Below the pieces are notes generated by a model. That model did no database searches. It saw only the letters and a program-made list of their open reading frames with translations, and was not told the origin of the DNA. A DNA stretch of 63,471 nt, filler included, from Octopus bimaculoides (lineage: Eukaryota): assembly GCF_001194135.2 (NCBI RefSeq). It is 8 parts of 6 records of this genome, joined end to end, with 100 filler letters (N's around TTAATTAATTAA, not from the genome) between each part and the next. Parts side by side here need not be neighbours in the genome. Positions count along the whole stretch, not along the records: positions 10,721 to 33,123 come from NC_068981.1; positions 33,224 to 39,169 come from NW_026350941.1; 6 more parts are not named here. One strand, written 5' to 3'. Positions 24,196 to 36,119 of the stretch are shown piece by piece (positions within the stretch are counted from its first letter, which is position 1; every line of letters starts with the position of its first letter). The position numbers and the translations under genes are program-made.

Positions 24196-24559
24196 CAGTG
24201 GTTCTCAAACGGGATCCATATGGCTCCGGAGGGTCCATATAAGAATTTTGGGTATTCACGTAACAAAATAGTAAACTGGGCGTCCAATAGCATTTTAAGG
24301 GCCCCTGAAAAGATTTTGCATTAAATGTATTTAAAGAATTTTGCATTAAATGTATTTAAAGAAACAGCTAAGTTTCTTTCTCTAACATTTTACATAGTTC
24401 AACCTACACAAGTTAATGCGTGAAAAAGAAAATGGGAATTTTGATGAAAGTTTCTAAAAAAGTAGTTTTTAAACATCCTATTGGCTCTGGGGAGGGAGGG
24501 CATCAGAATAAAATAATAATCGAAGGGATCTATAGATAAAAAATGCTTGAGAAACCCTG
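24196..24559. mobile_element. hAT MITE with 8-bp TSD
   Basis: TIRs CAGTGGTTCTCAAAC vs CAGGGTTTCTCAAGC (12/15); TSD GTTTCAAT / GTTTAAAT (7/8). Confidence 0.85.
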
Positions 24560-24666
24560 GTTTAAATAAATACTGCTTCTTACACACACGCACGTACACA
24601 CACACACGTACACACGTACACACACACACACGTACACACACACACACGTACACACACACATATATA

Positions 24667-25849
24667 TGCGGGGTGTTTGAAAATCTCGAGACTCAAAAAC
24701 AAAAATACATGGTACATGACTTCTGGTGATTTATTTTTCAACATAGTTCCCTTCGATGGTTGAACACTTTCTCTAGCCGTGCTGAAGCGCCATTATCCCG
24801 GCGTAGAAGAATTCTTTTGTTTGAGACTCCAAGAAACTTTCTACAGCGTCTATGACGTTATTGTCACTAACAAAATGGCGACCAGCCAGGGCTTTTTCAT
24901 TTTGGGGAATNNNNNNNNNNNNNNNNNNNNNNNNNNNNNNNNNNNNNNNNNNNNNNNNNNNNNNNNNNNNNNNNNNNNNNNNNNNNNNNNNNNNNNNNNN
25001 NNNNNNNNNNNNNNNNNNNNNNNNNNNNNNNNNNNNNNNNNNNNNNNNNNNNNNNNNNNNNNNNNNNNNNNNNNNNNNNCAAAACACCTTAAGAATAAGA
25101 AAAACGGACGCCAGCTGCAGGAATGACCCTGGCCTTCTTTGGGGTTGGAGAAGACGTGTTCTTCCACTGCTTTAGTTATTCTTTGGTTTCAGGCTGGTAG
25201 TGATGAACCCAACTTTCGTCCATAGTAATGAAACGAGCAAGAAAATTCTCTTCATCGGCTTCAAACAGTTCCAGATAGCTCATGAACAAAGTGCACCTGG
25301 TGCGTTTCTGTTCAGGAGTCAAAAGGCGAGGGACCCACCTTGCGAAAACCTTTGAGAACCCATGTTCTTTTGTCACAATGTTGTCTGCTCTTTCAATTGA
25401 GATGCCTAGTCTCTCGGCTCTGACGACATGATATTCGGCGATCTTGCATTATCATACCAAGAGCAAAGTCAAGGTTGTCCTTGGTGGTTGCAGTTGGAGG
25501 TCTCCCTGTTTGGGATCATCTTTTACTCTCCTTGCAACGCTTGAATTCATTTACCCAGCGCTTGACTGTTGCATTGAAGGAGCATTGTCTGCTAAGGTTC
25601 TCACCATACTTTCATGGATTTCTGATGGAGTCATGCCTTTCAAATGAAGGTACTTTGTGACAGCACGATACTCAGTTTTCTCCATTTTCCTTGTAACCTC
25701 GACACTTGTTCATTCAAAAATTTGCAACAACAAAAATTAAATAAAAATATCATAATCATGAAAATGAGCAAGAATACTCAGAAAAGACTGTACTTACTAG
25801 AAGAATTGTTTCAGCTCGGTCAGGCTCAAAACTTTTCACACACCCCTCG
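24667..25849 (-). mobile_element. Near full-length mariner fossil in a TA tract
   Basis: ~30-bp TIRs flanked by TA; ARWVPRLLTPEQK, FITMDESWVHHYQPE, GRHFVSDNNVIDAVESFL; frameshifted. Confidence 0.92.
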
Positions 25850-26658
25850 TATATATATATATATATATNNNNNNNNNNNNNNNNNNNNNNNNNNNNNNNN
25901 NNNNNNNNNNNNNNNNNNNNNNNNNNNNNNNNNNNNNNNNNNNNNNNNNNNNNNNNNNNNNNNNNNNNNNNNNNNNNNNNNNNNNNNNNNNNNNNNNNNN
26001 NNNNNNNNNNNNNNNNNNNNNNNNNNNNNNNNNNNTATATATACGATTCTGCTGGCTGCGTGGCCTTGCGATTTGGGTGCTTCACTCAGGATCTAGCGAT
26101 CGTGGACCCGTGCGACATGTTGCATTCCTGAGTAAAACACTTCATTTCACGTTGCTCTAGTGGATAAGAGAGTGCCAGAAACGTATATCATCCGGATCCC
26201 TACATTCTGCGTTCAGATCCCAACCTGCCTGGGAAGGCAACAATAAACAACTTCAGTATTCATTTCAAATTCATTACTAATATCATGGATCACCATAATT
26301 CCAGTAGTCTACATAACGGCGGCAGAGAATGGTGCGAGCCCTCCCATGTCGTATAGAGAGTGCTGGAGAATATTAATATGCACAAACCTGCGCAGAGGCA
26401 GATCACCATTAGATACTGTGTGTATGTGTGTGTGTGTGTGTGTGTGTGTTAAGTTTAAAAGGAAGCCTTCTTGCATTTCAAAATAGGAAAAAGACAAATA
26501 ATTCTTAAGTCTTAATTTATCTATTTAATCAAGATATTTCCTCTTCATTATTAACATAATGCTATCTATTTCGCAAAATGTTGATACCCCGGACGTAAAA
26601 TGTTTCAGCTTTCAAAGTAAATAACCACACAATATCATTTTTGACAGTTACACAATTT

Positions 26659-26699
26659 AGTAATATCGTTAAAGGCTCGCTGCCCTTAACGATATTACT
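26659..26699. repeat. Perfect 14-bp inverted repeat hairpin
   Basis: AGTAATATCGTTAA / TTAACGATATTACT plus inner GGC/GCC. Confidence 0.85.
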
Positions 26700-26820
26700 C
26701 AACATATGTAGTAGTATCTGAACCACTATCTTGGAAGCAGATTGGATGCTTAAAACTTACGTGAAGCTCTAACTCATCAGTAGCAGTCGTACATCTATTT
26801 GTACACACACACAAGAAATA

Positions 26821-27035
26821 CAGCAATCCCTCGATTATCGCGGGTGTTACGTTCCCCCAAAACCCGCGGTAGGTGAAAATCCGCGAAGTAGAAACAGTAC
26901 TGTATATTTTTTTTAAATACTTTTATTTGTATATATTTATTTTACTATAAATGCAAAACAACACTACGGGAGAATCGATGTAAGCTTAAATAATAAATCG
27001 CTATAGGTGAACCGTGGTATGGTGAGGAATAACTG
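26821..27035. mobile_element. pogo/Tigger-type MITE
   Basis: TA|CAGCAATCCCTCG ... GAGGAATAACTG|TA. Confidence 0.75.
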
Positions 27036-27745
27036 TACTGTATATTATCTTATATGTGTGTGTGCGCGTGTATGTAACCGTGTCTGTGTGAGCCTTCTTT
27101 GATCAATTGGGGGAAGTTTTTTGAAGTAGAAAAATGTTAAGAAAACTTTTTAGACAATACAATTTGCATAATTGCCAAAAGTGAGCCAGGGGAAATGATT
27201 CTAATGAACAAAACTTGGATAATTCAGGCACGCAGTAACTTACCGAAAGGAAGTGAAATTTGTCTCATAGAGAAAGAGAACAAGAACCTGCCACTCATTC
27301 TGAGTAACACTGCTGTCTTTGATTGCTATCTGAGGTTGCTACTATATTTAAGTGCAATCCACGAGTCCCGTCCAGAGATTGCAATTTTATTTCTAATTTT
27401 ATTCATCAGTAGCAGTCGTACATCTATTTTATTTATAATTAATATTGGATTTTTTTATTAAACAAATGGTTTGATCTGCAACAGAAGATGGCTGACCTAC
27501 ATTAGATCAGTTTCTAAGATGACATAAAGGAACATTTTTGAGAAAACATCGCTCGGTTTCAGTTACATGAGTTCTAAGCATAATTTAACGAGCAAAAATT
27601 AAAATTCAAAGACTAAGAAAATTATTGTACCCGAAAAATATTTTATTCTATGACAATTTTCTGTTTACGCCATAACTTCACGAAATTTTCTCACACTTTG
27701 TTAAACTGGTATTAGATTGCATGATTCTATGACATCGTATCAGAC

Positions 27746-27957
27746 AGCAACGAGCTGGCAGAGTCGTTAGCACGACAGACGAAATGCTGAATGAGCAATG
27801 CCTTTTGGTTTGAGTTCAAATTCCGCCGAAGTTGACTTTGTCTTCCATCTCTTTCGGGATCGATAATATGAGTATCAGTTGAGCACTGAACACGGTGTAA
27901 CCGATTATACCTTTCTCTTAAAACTGCAGGCCTATTGCCTATAGTAGAAAGGATTAT
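27746..27957 (+). mobile_element. SINE family A
   Basis: gagctggcagagtcgttagc...gagttcaaattccgccg...cctatagtagaaagga. Confidence 0.8.
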
Positions 27958-28309
27958 GACATTATACTAGTTCCATCTCACACAGTTTGCTTGTTGTAAG
28001 TCACAATTTTGCAGCTGCGTGGCTGATAATTTCCATAGAAATTCTTTTTAAAGAGAAGGTCATATGTGACACTTTTTAAAGATTTGTTCTTTTTAATTAC
28101 TGATAATAAAATAAACAAGAATTTTTTTATTATTATTATTTTTTTTTTTTTGCTGTTGTAGTTACTGATGAGAAAATATTTCATTTAGACTAATAAAAAT
28201 TAGTACACTATTATTTAAAGTAATTCTCTCAAATTATTTTTATAAACGTAAGCATAAAATTCCAAACAAATTATATAACAGTGTATCACCAAGTTAATAC
28301 AGGTATTTA

Positions 28310-28521
28310 TAATTGTTGATATAAGGTCAACAATCTAGATGGGAAGGGAGAGTCGATTACACTGACTCCAGTGCTCAACTGGGACTTATTTTATCGACCC
28401 CGAAAAGATGAAAGGTAAAATTTTCGTTGACCATATTTGAACTAAGGATGTAAAGAGGCGGGGAAAATGTTGCTAAGCATTTTGCTCGATGCTCTAACGA
28501 TTTTGCCAGTCCGCTGCCTTA
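28310..28521 (-). mobile_element. SINE family A
   Basis: gagtcgattac...tttatcgaccccgaaa...gattttgccag. Confidence 0.75.
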
Positions 28522-28674
28522 CAACTATATTATACATAATAACTTGCAACATAGTCGGTTAAAACTGCTTGGATAGAGACAAGGGAAAGAAAAATGATCA
28601 AAAGATGCTCACGGGATTCGAACCACCCACCTTCTAAGTAACCAATTGCAAAAACGTAACTTTGAAAAGGTTTC

Positions 28675-28740
28675 TCCTATGCAGTGAGTTACTATGTCTG
28701 TCTCGTTACAGAAGATGCTTGGTTCGAATCCCACGGACAG
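28675..28740 (+). pseudogene. Degenerate tRNA-like sequence (tRNA-Thr(CGT)-like)
   Basis: tctgtctcgttacagaagatgcttggttcgaatccc resembles the anticodon and T arms of eukaryotic tRNA-Thr; acceptor stem not intact. Confidence 0.45.
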
Positions 28741-28876
28741 ACTTGAGGAGTTTTTTCCTCCCCTAAAAGATGGTTTCCACTCTATACGTTACAAGTCATT
28801 ATCTTTACTTTATTTGCACTTAGCATGTAAATAAAATTGTCACGTGACTACTATTATATTTAGTACTCCTTCTACA

Positions 28877-29146
28877 GTGGAGGCGCGTGGCTTAGTGGTT
28901 AGTGAGTGTGTCAGCATCATGATCGTAAGATTGTGGTTTCGATTCCTGGACCGGGCGACGCGTTGTGTTCTTGAGCAAAGCATTTCATTTCACGTTGCTC
29001 CAGTCCACTCAGCTGGCAAAAATGAGTAACGCTGCGATGGACTGGCGTCCCGTCCAGCTGGGGAACGCATATGCCATTGAAACCGGGAAACCGGGTCCAT
29101 GAGCCTGGCTAGGCTTTAAAAGGGCGCATTTATTTCTTTTTAACCA
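28877..29146 (+). mobile_element. tRNA-derived SINE, possibly V-domain type
   Basis: A box TGGCTTAGTGG, B box GGTTTCGATTCC; gcgatggactggcgtcccgtccag recalls V-SINE cores (from memory); CTTCTACA on both flanks. Confidence 0.75.
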
Positions 29147-29560
29147 CTTCTACAACTACTACAACAAACGTTATCGTAACTGATTACATACCCGTATAGA
29201 ATATTCTATTCAATGTTTATCGCATCTTCATTTGAACGGTGAGAGTAATGGCATACAAGCTCAGAATGAAAACTCCAACAATCTCATCTAAACAGAGCCA
29301 TATTGCTGCTCTTATGTAATTACTAAAATAACGAAACAAAAATAAAAAATAAAACTAAGTTTACGGAAACTTATCTCAGAAAATAGTTTCCGAAAATGGA
29401 CGATTTAAAAATTTTTTTTTAGCTTATTCTCTGTTTTATGGGCTTCCTTTCTTTGTTTCTTCGTTGTTTTTCTTTCTTTCTGTCTGTCTGTCTGTCTCTC
29501 TCTGTTTCACTCAGTATACATGTGTGTTTGTATAAAAACCACGAACTCAAAAAACACACA

Positions 29561-29592
<32 letters not shown>

Positions 29593-29807
29593 NNNNNNNN
29601 NNNNNNNNNNNNNNNNNNNNNNNNNNNNNNNNNNNNNNNNNNNNNNNNNNNNNNNNNNNNNNNNNNNNNNNNNNNNNNNNNNNNNNNNNNNNNNNNNNNN
29701 NNNNNNNNNNNNNNNNNNNNNNNNNNNNNNNNNNNNNNNNNNNNNNNNNNNNNNNNNNNNNNNNNNNNNNNNNNNNNNNNNATATATATATAATATATAT
29801 ATATATA

Positions 29808-30529
29808 CGAGGTTTGATCAATAGTTATCCAGACTGTTGCCATAGCAACGAAGTTAAAGCACGCAGAGTAAAGCCGTTGGGCACATATTGACCTTTAACT
29901 GTGCTGTGCATGTACACTAAGTTTTAACGTTCTACCTCACTTCCACCACTGTCTATAGCTGTGCTCGGAAGGAAGTTGTGTAGCGTGTGATCGGCGCATT
30001 GATCATGACAGAGAAAGTTGTCATGGTGATACCTGCTCAGAGGCCTATGCAATGTTGCAGAAAGTGTATGGAGAGGTGTGTATGAGCCGCACACAAGTGT
30101 ACGAGCGTTTCAAACGTTTCCAAGATGGCTGAAAAAAATGTCGATATTCACGAACATTTTGGGAGACCTGCAACAAACAGAACTGAGAAAAACATCGCAG
30201 ATATGCGTGCAGCTGTGAAAGGAAATCGTCGAATCACCATCTGTGAGTTATCAGAGGATATACAGATTAGTTACGGTTCAGTTCAGTCCATTATCACTGA
30301 AGATTTGGTTATGAGACGCGTGTCTGCCAAGCTTGTGCTAAAACTGCTTTTAGCTGACCAAAAGAACACTCGGATTTCAGTTGCGCAAAATCACCTTGAT
30401 TGTGTTGAGAACGATGAAAATTTTTGAAAACTTTGCGTAGGCCTCTGACCAGGTATCTCCAAGATCTTGGTAAAATTTTGATGCAGATCCTCTGCTCAAC
30501 TTTCTCTGTCATGGTCAATGCGACGATCA
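29808..30529 (+). mobile_element. Mariner 5' half joined to an inverted copy of its own 5' region
   Basis: TA|CGAGG start; HTH region ...RRITICELSED...MRRVSAKLVLKLL; ~30430-30529 is the reverse complement of ~29988-30055. Confidence 0.85.
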
Positions 30530-31086
30530 NNNNNNNNNNNNNNNNNNNNNNNNNNNNNNNNNNNNNNNNNNNNNNNNNNNNNNNNNNNNNNNNNNNNNNN
30601 NNNNNNNNNNNNNNNNNNNNNNNNNNNNNNNNNNNNNNNNNNNNNNNNNNNNNNNNNNNNNNNNNNNNNNNNNNNNNNNNNNNNNNNNNNNNNNNNNNNN
30701 NNNNNNNNNNNNNNNNNNNNNNNNNNNNNNNNNNNNNNNNNNNNNNNNNNNNNNNNNNNNNNNNNNNNNNNNNNNNNNNNNNNNNNNNNNNNNNNNNNNN
30801 NNNNNNNNNNNNNNNNNNNNNNNNNNNNNNNNNNNNNNNNNNNNNNNNNNNNNNNNNNNNNNNNNNNNNNNNNNNNNNNNNNNNNNNNNNNNNNNNNNNN
30901 NNNNNNNNNNNNNNNNNNNNNNNNNNNNNNNNNNNNNNNNNNNNNNNNNNNNNNNNNNNNNNNNNNNNNNNNNNNNNNNNNNNNNNNNNNNNNNNNNNNN
31001 NNNNNNNNNNNNNNNNNNNNNNNNNNNNNNNNNNNNNNNNNNNNNNNNNNNNNNNNNNNNNNNNNNNNNNNNNNNNNNNNNNNNNN

Positions 31087-31136
<50 letters not shown>

Positions 31137-31249
31137 ATATATATATGTATCACATATATAGTTGAAATTTACAGAAAAACAAAAAACGATGACAAGTGCA
31201 TAAACAACAAGCAGATGTATTAGTTTGACGCCCGGAAAGGTGAGAAAGT

Positions 31250-31285
31250 CATTTACGTTTCGAGTCTACGCTCTTCAACAGAAAG
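31250..31285 (-). ncRNA. Hammerhead-like remnant in a short repeat next to a TA tract
   Basis: Minus CTTT-CTGTTGA-A-GAG-cgtaga-CTC-GAAAC-GTA-AATG; ACGT palindrome at stem III. Confidence 0.35.
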
Positions 31286-31544
31286 GAAGACGAGGAAATA
31301 AACAGAGAGAGAATAAAAAAAAAACTTGTGGATTTAATGGTCAATCATGGAAACTGGTTGGAAAAAGGTAGCTGGACAGGAGAGCTAAGAAGACGGGGAA
31401 ATAATAAAGTAGGTGCGCCTGAGTGTGTGTATGTGAGTGTGTGTGCGTGTGGATAGGGGCTAGTGACTTTGATGTGTGGATGTGTAAATGTGGATGTGTT
31501 ATTTCTTTACTGCCCACAGGGGGCTACACACAGAGGGGACAAAC

Positions 31545-31731
31545 AAGGACAAACAAACGGATTAAGTCGATTATATCGACCCCAGTGCGTAACTGGTACT
31601 TATTTTATCGACCCCGAAAGGATGAAAGGCAACGTCGACCTCGGCGGAATTTGAACTCAGAAAGTAGCAGCAGACGAAATACCGCTAAGCATTTCACCCG
31701 GCTTGCTAACGTTTCTGCCAGCTCGCCGCCA
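31545..31731 (-). mobile_element. SINE family A, well preserved
   Basis: tttatcgaccccgaaaggatgaaaggc...gtcgacctcggcggaatttgaactcag...ctgccagctcgccgcc. Confidence 0.9.
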
Positions 31732-31854
31732 TAAATGTGTAAGTATGTGCGTCTGTAATGTGTGCGTGTGTGGATGCGCGGATGATGGTGTGTGGGTGTG
31801 GTGTGGGAAGTGGTCAGTGCTAGTAAATAAAAAATATATAAAAATTATATATAG

Positions 31855-32010
31855 GCGCAGGAGTGGTAAGAAGCTTGCTTCCCAACCACATTATTCCAGT
31901 TTCAGTCCCACTGCGTGGCACCTTGTTCAAGTGTCTTCTACTATTGCCTCGGGCTAACCAAAGCCTTGTGAATAGATTTCGTAGACGGAAACTGAAAGAA
32001 GCCCGTCGTA
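31855..32010 (+). mobile_element. 5' module of SINE family C running into a TA tract and gap
   Basis: gtggtaagaagcttgc...gacggaaactgaaagaagcccgtcg(ta)n. Confidence 0.85.
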
Positions 32011-32654
32011 TATAAATATATATATATATATANNNNNNNNNNNNNNNNNNNNNNNNNNNNNNNNNNNNNNNNNNNNNNNNNNNNNNNNNNNNNNNNNNNN
32101 NNNNNNNNNNNNNNNNNNNNNNNNNNNNNNNNNNNNNNNNNNNNNNNNNNNNNNNNNNNNNNNNNNNNNNNNNNNNNNNNNNNNNNNNNNNNNNNNNNNN
32201 NNNNNNNNNNNNNNNNNNNNNNNNNNNNNNNNNNNNNNNNNNNNNNNNNNNNNNNNNNNNNNNNNNNNNNNNNNNNNNNNNNNNNNNNNNNNNNNNNNNN
32301 NNNNNNNNNNNNNNNNNNNNNNNNNNNNNNNNNNNNNNNNNNNNNNNNNNNNNNNNNNNNNNNNNNNNNNNNNNNNNNNNNNNNNNNNNNNNNNNNNNNN
32401 NNNNNNNNNNNNNNNNNNNNNNNNNNNNNNNNNNNNNNNNNNNNNNNNNNNNNNNNNNNNNNNNNNNNNNNNNNNNNNNNNNNNNNNNNNNNNNNNNNNN
32501 NNNNNNNNNNNNNNNNNNNNNNNNNNNNNNNNNNNNNNNNNNNNNNNNNNNNNNNNNNNNNNNNNNNNNNNNNNNNNNNNNNNNNNNNNNNNNNNNNNNN
32601 NNNNNNNNNNNNNNNNNNNNNNNNNNNNNNNNNNNNNNNNNNNNNNNNNNNNNN

Positions 32655-32731
<77 letters not shown>

Positions 32732-33289
32732 ATATACTATAGTCACTATATTAAACACACTATAGTATAGTGTGTTTAATACTTTTGTTCTGTAGTATGA
32801 CATCTGGCTGGCTAGTGGTGTCACAACAGGAGACTGAATGCAGGTTTTAGTATCGCATAACCATGTTTGATGGTATTGGCGGTATGTGGAAAGCTTGAGA
32901 AACTTCAAATCGTTTAGTCAGCGGAATCTAGTGGGTCTTAAATTTCATCTGTTGCTGCTGCTAAAGCCGAGCTCTCAAAACCATAACCACCGTAACATGG
33001 TGTTATTTACAGGATAGCGATATATATCTCTACACATCTTGATCCCACGGATTTTTAGAAAATATATTTTAATTATATTAAGCATATTTTATTTTGAAAT
33101 ATAAATATATATATATATATATANNNNNNNNNNNNNNNNNNNNNNNNNNNNNNNNNNNNNNNNNNNNTTAATTAATTAANNNNNNNNNNNNNNNNNNNNN
33201 NNNNNNNNNNNNNNNNNNNNNNNTTCCAGTACGCAAGTATTCTTCAGTGTATCCCTGAAAAGATCGTCAAAACCCTCTTGCGCTTGGTC

Positions 33290-33660
33290 ACTAGTTCAGC
33301 GTTGATGTTACTGCCAGAGCTGTTCGTATATTTCTAAGCAATGCACCACACAGTAAGCTATGGGATTACAACCAACGGAATTAGGAGACAGGAAATTGGT
33401 GCTGGTGAAGTCGTAGATATATGCCGACAACTACTTCTGACAATTTGCTGAAGTATGACAAGGAGACGAATCCTGCGGTCACTCATATGGTCTTCAAACT
33501 AGTGTTTAACCACATTATTTAGTCACTTCACATACTTTGAATTGAGCTTCAGGCCTTTTTCAAAGATGTGAGGATGCAAGATGTCTCACTAGAGACGTGT
33601 GTCTCACTGGAGACACATGCAAAGACCATCACTGTTTGAGGAAACAGCTTTCATGATAAC
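33290..33660 (+). mobile_element. Possible degenerate LINE AP-endonuclease fragment
   Basis: Frame-broken GDYN and downstream TNPAVTHMVFK...MQDV resemble APE motifs; weak. Confidence 0.3.
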
Positions 33661-36119
33661 CGGGACAGTACACGGATTGTATGGGAGCCACATTTTGTTT
33701 GTTCTCGGTGTTGTGCAACTGGTTCAGGCAGAAGTTGTTTTCATATGAGAGGAACCAGATTATTGTCAGCTCAATAGGATACCTCATCTACGTCAGGAGC
33801 ATATTTGCTTTCATCAAGCTCTTATTACCGTCAGAATTTGTAACAAATGCCTCTTGTATGGGTGGTTTCAAAGAACGACATTCACAGTTAACTTCATAAT
33901 CGTGACTTCAACACCCTTCTCTATAGCCATAATCACGATTACTTCGTCTGGATCATCACCAACTTGCCCTGCAGGTGTCAGATAAATTACAGCGTGAAGA
34001 AGCTGTCAGAAGGTTGCTGTGTGCCTTCTTGGTGGCGACGCCCTCGTAGTCTACGTTGAAGCTCTCTAAGTCACGATCTACAGTCATTACAGTTGTAGCA
34101 AGAATTCGAACCCGATCAAATGATACTCAGTTAGGCACCACAAGTGAGCCCCCACATTGTTATCTGTTCCTGATTTTGTTCATTTCTAGTGTACATTACT
34201 TCTATATACATTTGTGGCATATATAATTCTTCACCCACTATATGTTTTTCAACATTTTGAAGATGAGGTGATACATTTCAGTTCCTTTTACTAATAACAT
34301 CGTTAAAAATGAATTACAGAAAATTATTTGCAGTATTTGTTCCAACTCTTTATATTCTGAGTCCAAATCCCGTTGACATCAACTTTAGTTTTCATCATTT
34401 CGTGGTAGATAAAATAAAGTGCCAGTCACAAGTACTAAGATCGATAGGACTAATTCCCTCTCCTCAAAACTTAATATTGTTCCCAGATGAGAAATCATTA
34501 TGAGATGTGGAGCTGGTGATTGAATGAACTGTTCGTGCGGTGGTTGCAATTAAATCCTCTGACCTCTTGATTTATATGATAAACAAAGCAGCCTTATTTT
34601 TCACATCAGTTACTCATACTTGGATCAATTACAATTCAGTCCAGCATTTTAGCAATGACTAAGCTCAAGTATGCAGTCATTGCGTTTTCCTTAATTTTCA
34701 TGGGTTAAAATGTTCAGTATTTATTTCAGGTTGTTTATTCCCCTAGAAAATATGTACTTGCACGATCAGGCATTTATGAAATAAGCAGAGTGCGGTATTT
34801 CCTGCACAACAAATTGCTGGATTTGATTTGATTTGTTTGTTTACATTCTGAAAGAAAATAACGATGGTAGGTTGCGTACCGTCGATTATTCTTTCACCCT
34901 CTTGGATGATGTGTGTGTTTTGCTAATAATAGTAGTATTGGTGATGGCAATAATGCGACCCTGAAGAGATGGAGTATCCAGCAATTTGTGATATGTTGTA
35001 ATATGTTACAATATTTTACGAGACATCTTATGATGTGGTTTATTTATCCGGGATACCCTATTGAAATGTGCATAGGTTTGGCTTATTGTGGTTGTTTCTG
35101 TTATTATAATTGTTGTTGCAATAAAGTATCTTCAATGNNNNNNNNNNNNNNNNNNNNNNNNNNNNNNNNNNNNNNNNNNNNNNNNNNNNNNNNNNNNNNN
35201 NNNNNNNNNNNNNNNNNNNNNNNNNNNNNNNNNNNNNNNNNNNNNNNNNNNNNNNNNNNNNNNNNNNNNNNNNNNNNNNNNNNNNNNNNNNNNNNNNNNN
35301 NNNNNNNNNNNNNNNNNNNNNNNNNNNNNNNNNNNNNNNNNNNNNNNNNNNNNNNNNNGTCTGTATAAATCCCTAAAACTCGAGAACTACGCTACCGATT
35401 TCATTCAAATTTTACTAAATTATAAATACAAACAACAAGAAAATAACACCAGGTGTCTTTCGACTAATAGAAATGAATAAAGTTGAGCTGACATGCGTGG
35501 AGTGAAAGCCTTGAGGTAGGAACATAGAGATGAAAGTCAGGAGACAGGAATAAGAGGTGCTTCGTGTTTGGCAGTCGAGCCTAGAAAGAAAGATCATGCT
35601 TGGCCGAACACTGGCCACATGGTAGAAAAGGAGGGAAGCAGGAGTAGAGAATTGAAGAATGGGGGGGGGGGAGAAAGATAAAAAAGTTAAAGGGACACAG
35701 AGAATATACACGGGAGATAAGCGATGAAAATAGGTAGATTAAAGAAAGAGAAGGCCAAGAAGTGTGAGAGAGGGGGTGCGAGAAAAAAGGAGGAAATAAA
35801 GAAATAAGAAGAAAGAAGAAAGAAGAAAGCATGAGGTGGACAAAAAGAAGGAGCAAAGAAATAGTACAAAATTTAGATATATACTTACTTACAAGGTGAG
35901 CAAAAGTGTACGTACACCTCTATATGTATATATAAATCCATAAAGTGGAACAAGAACGCAGCAAACGACAATGAAACATCCCACAAGATAGATGATATGA
36001 AGACAGTCAGGAAAAACAACAGAAAAGCCGGACAGGACAAAACAAGGACGGGCCATTCGTAGCCTTCTTTCATCAGTCAGGTTCCCAGATTATCCTTACA
36101 GTTTCGGACGGTTATACTT

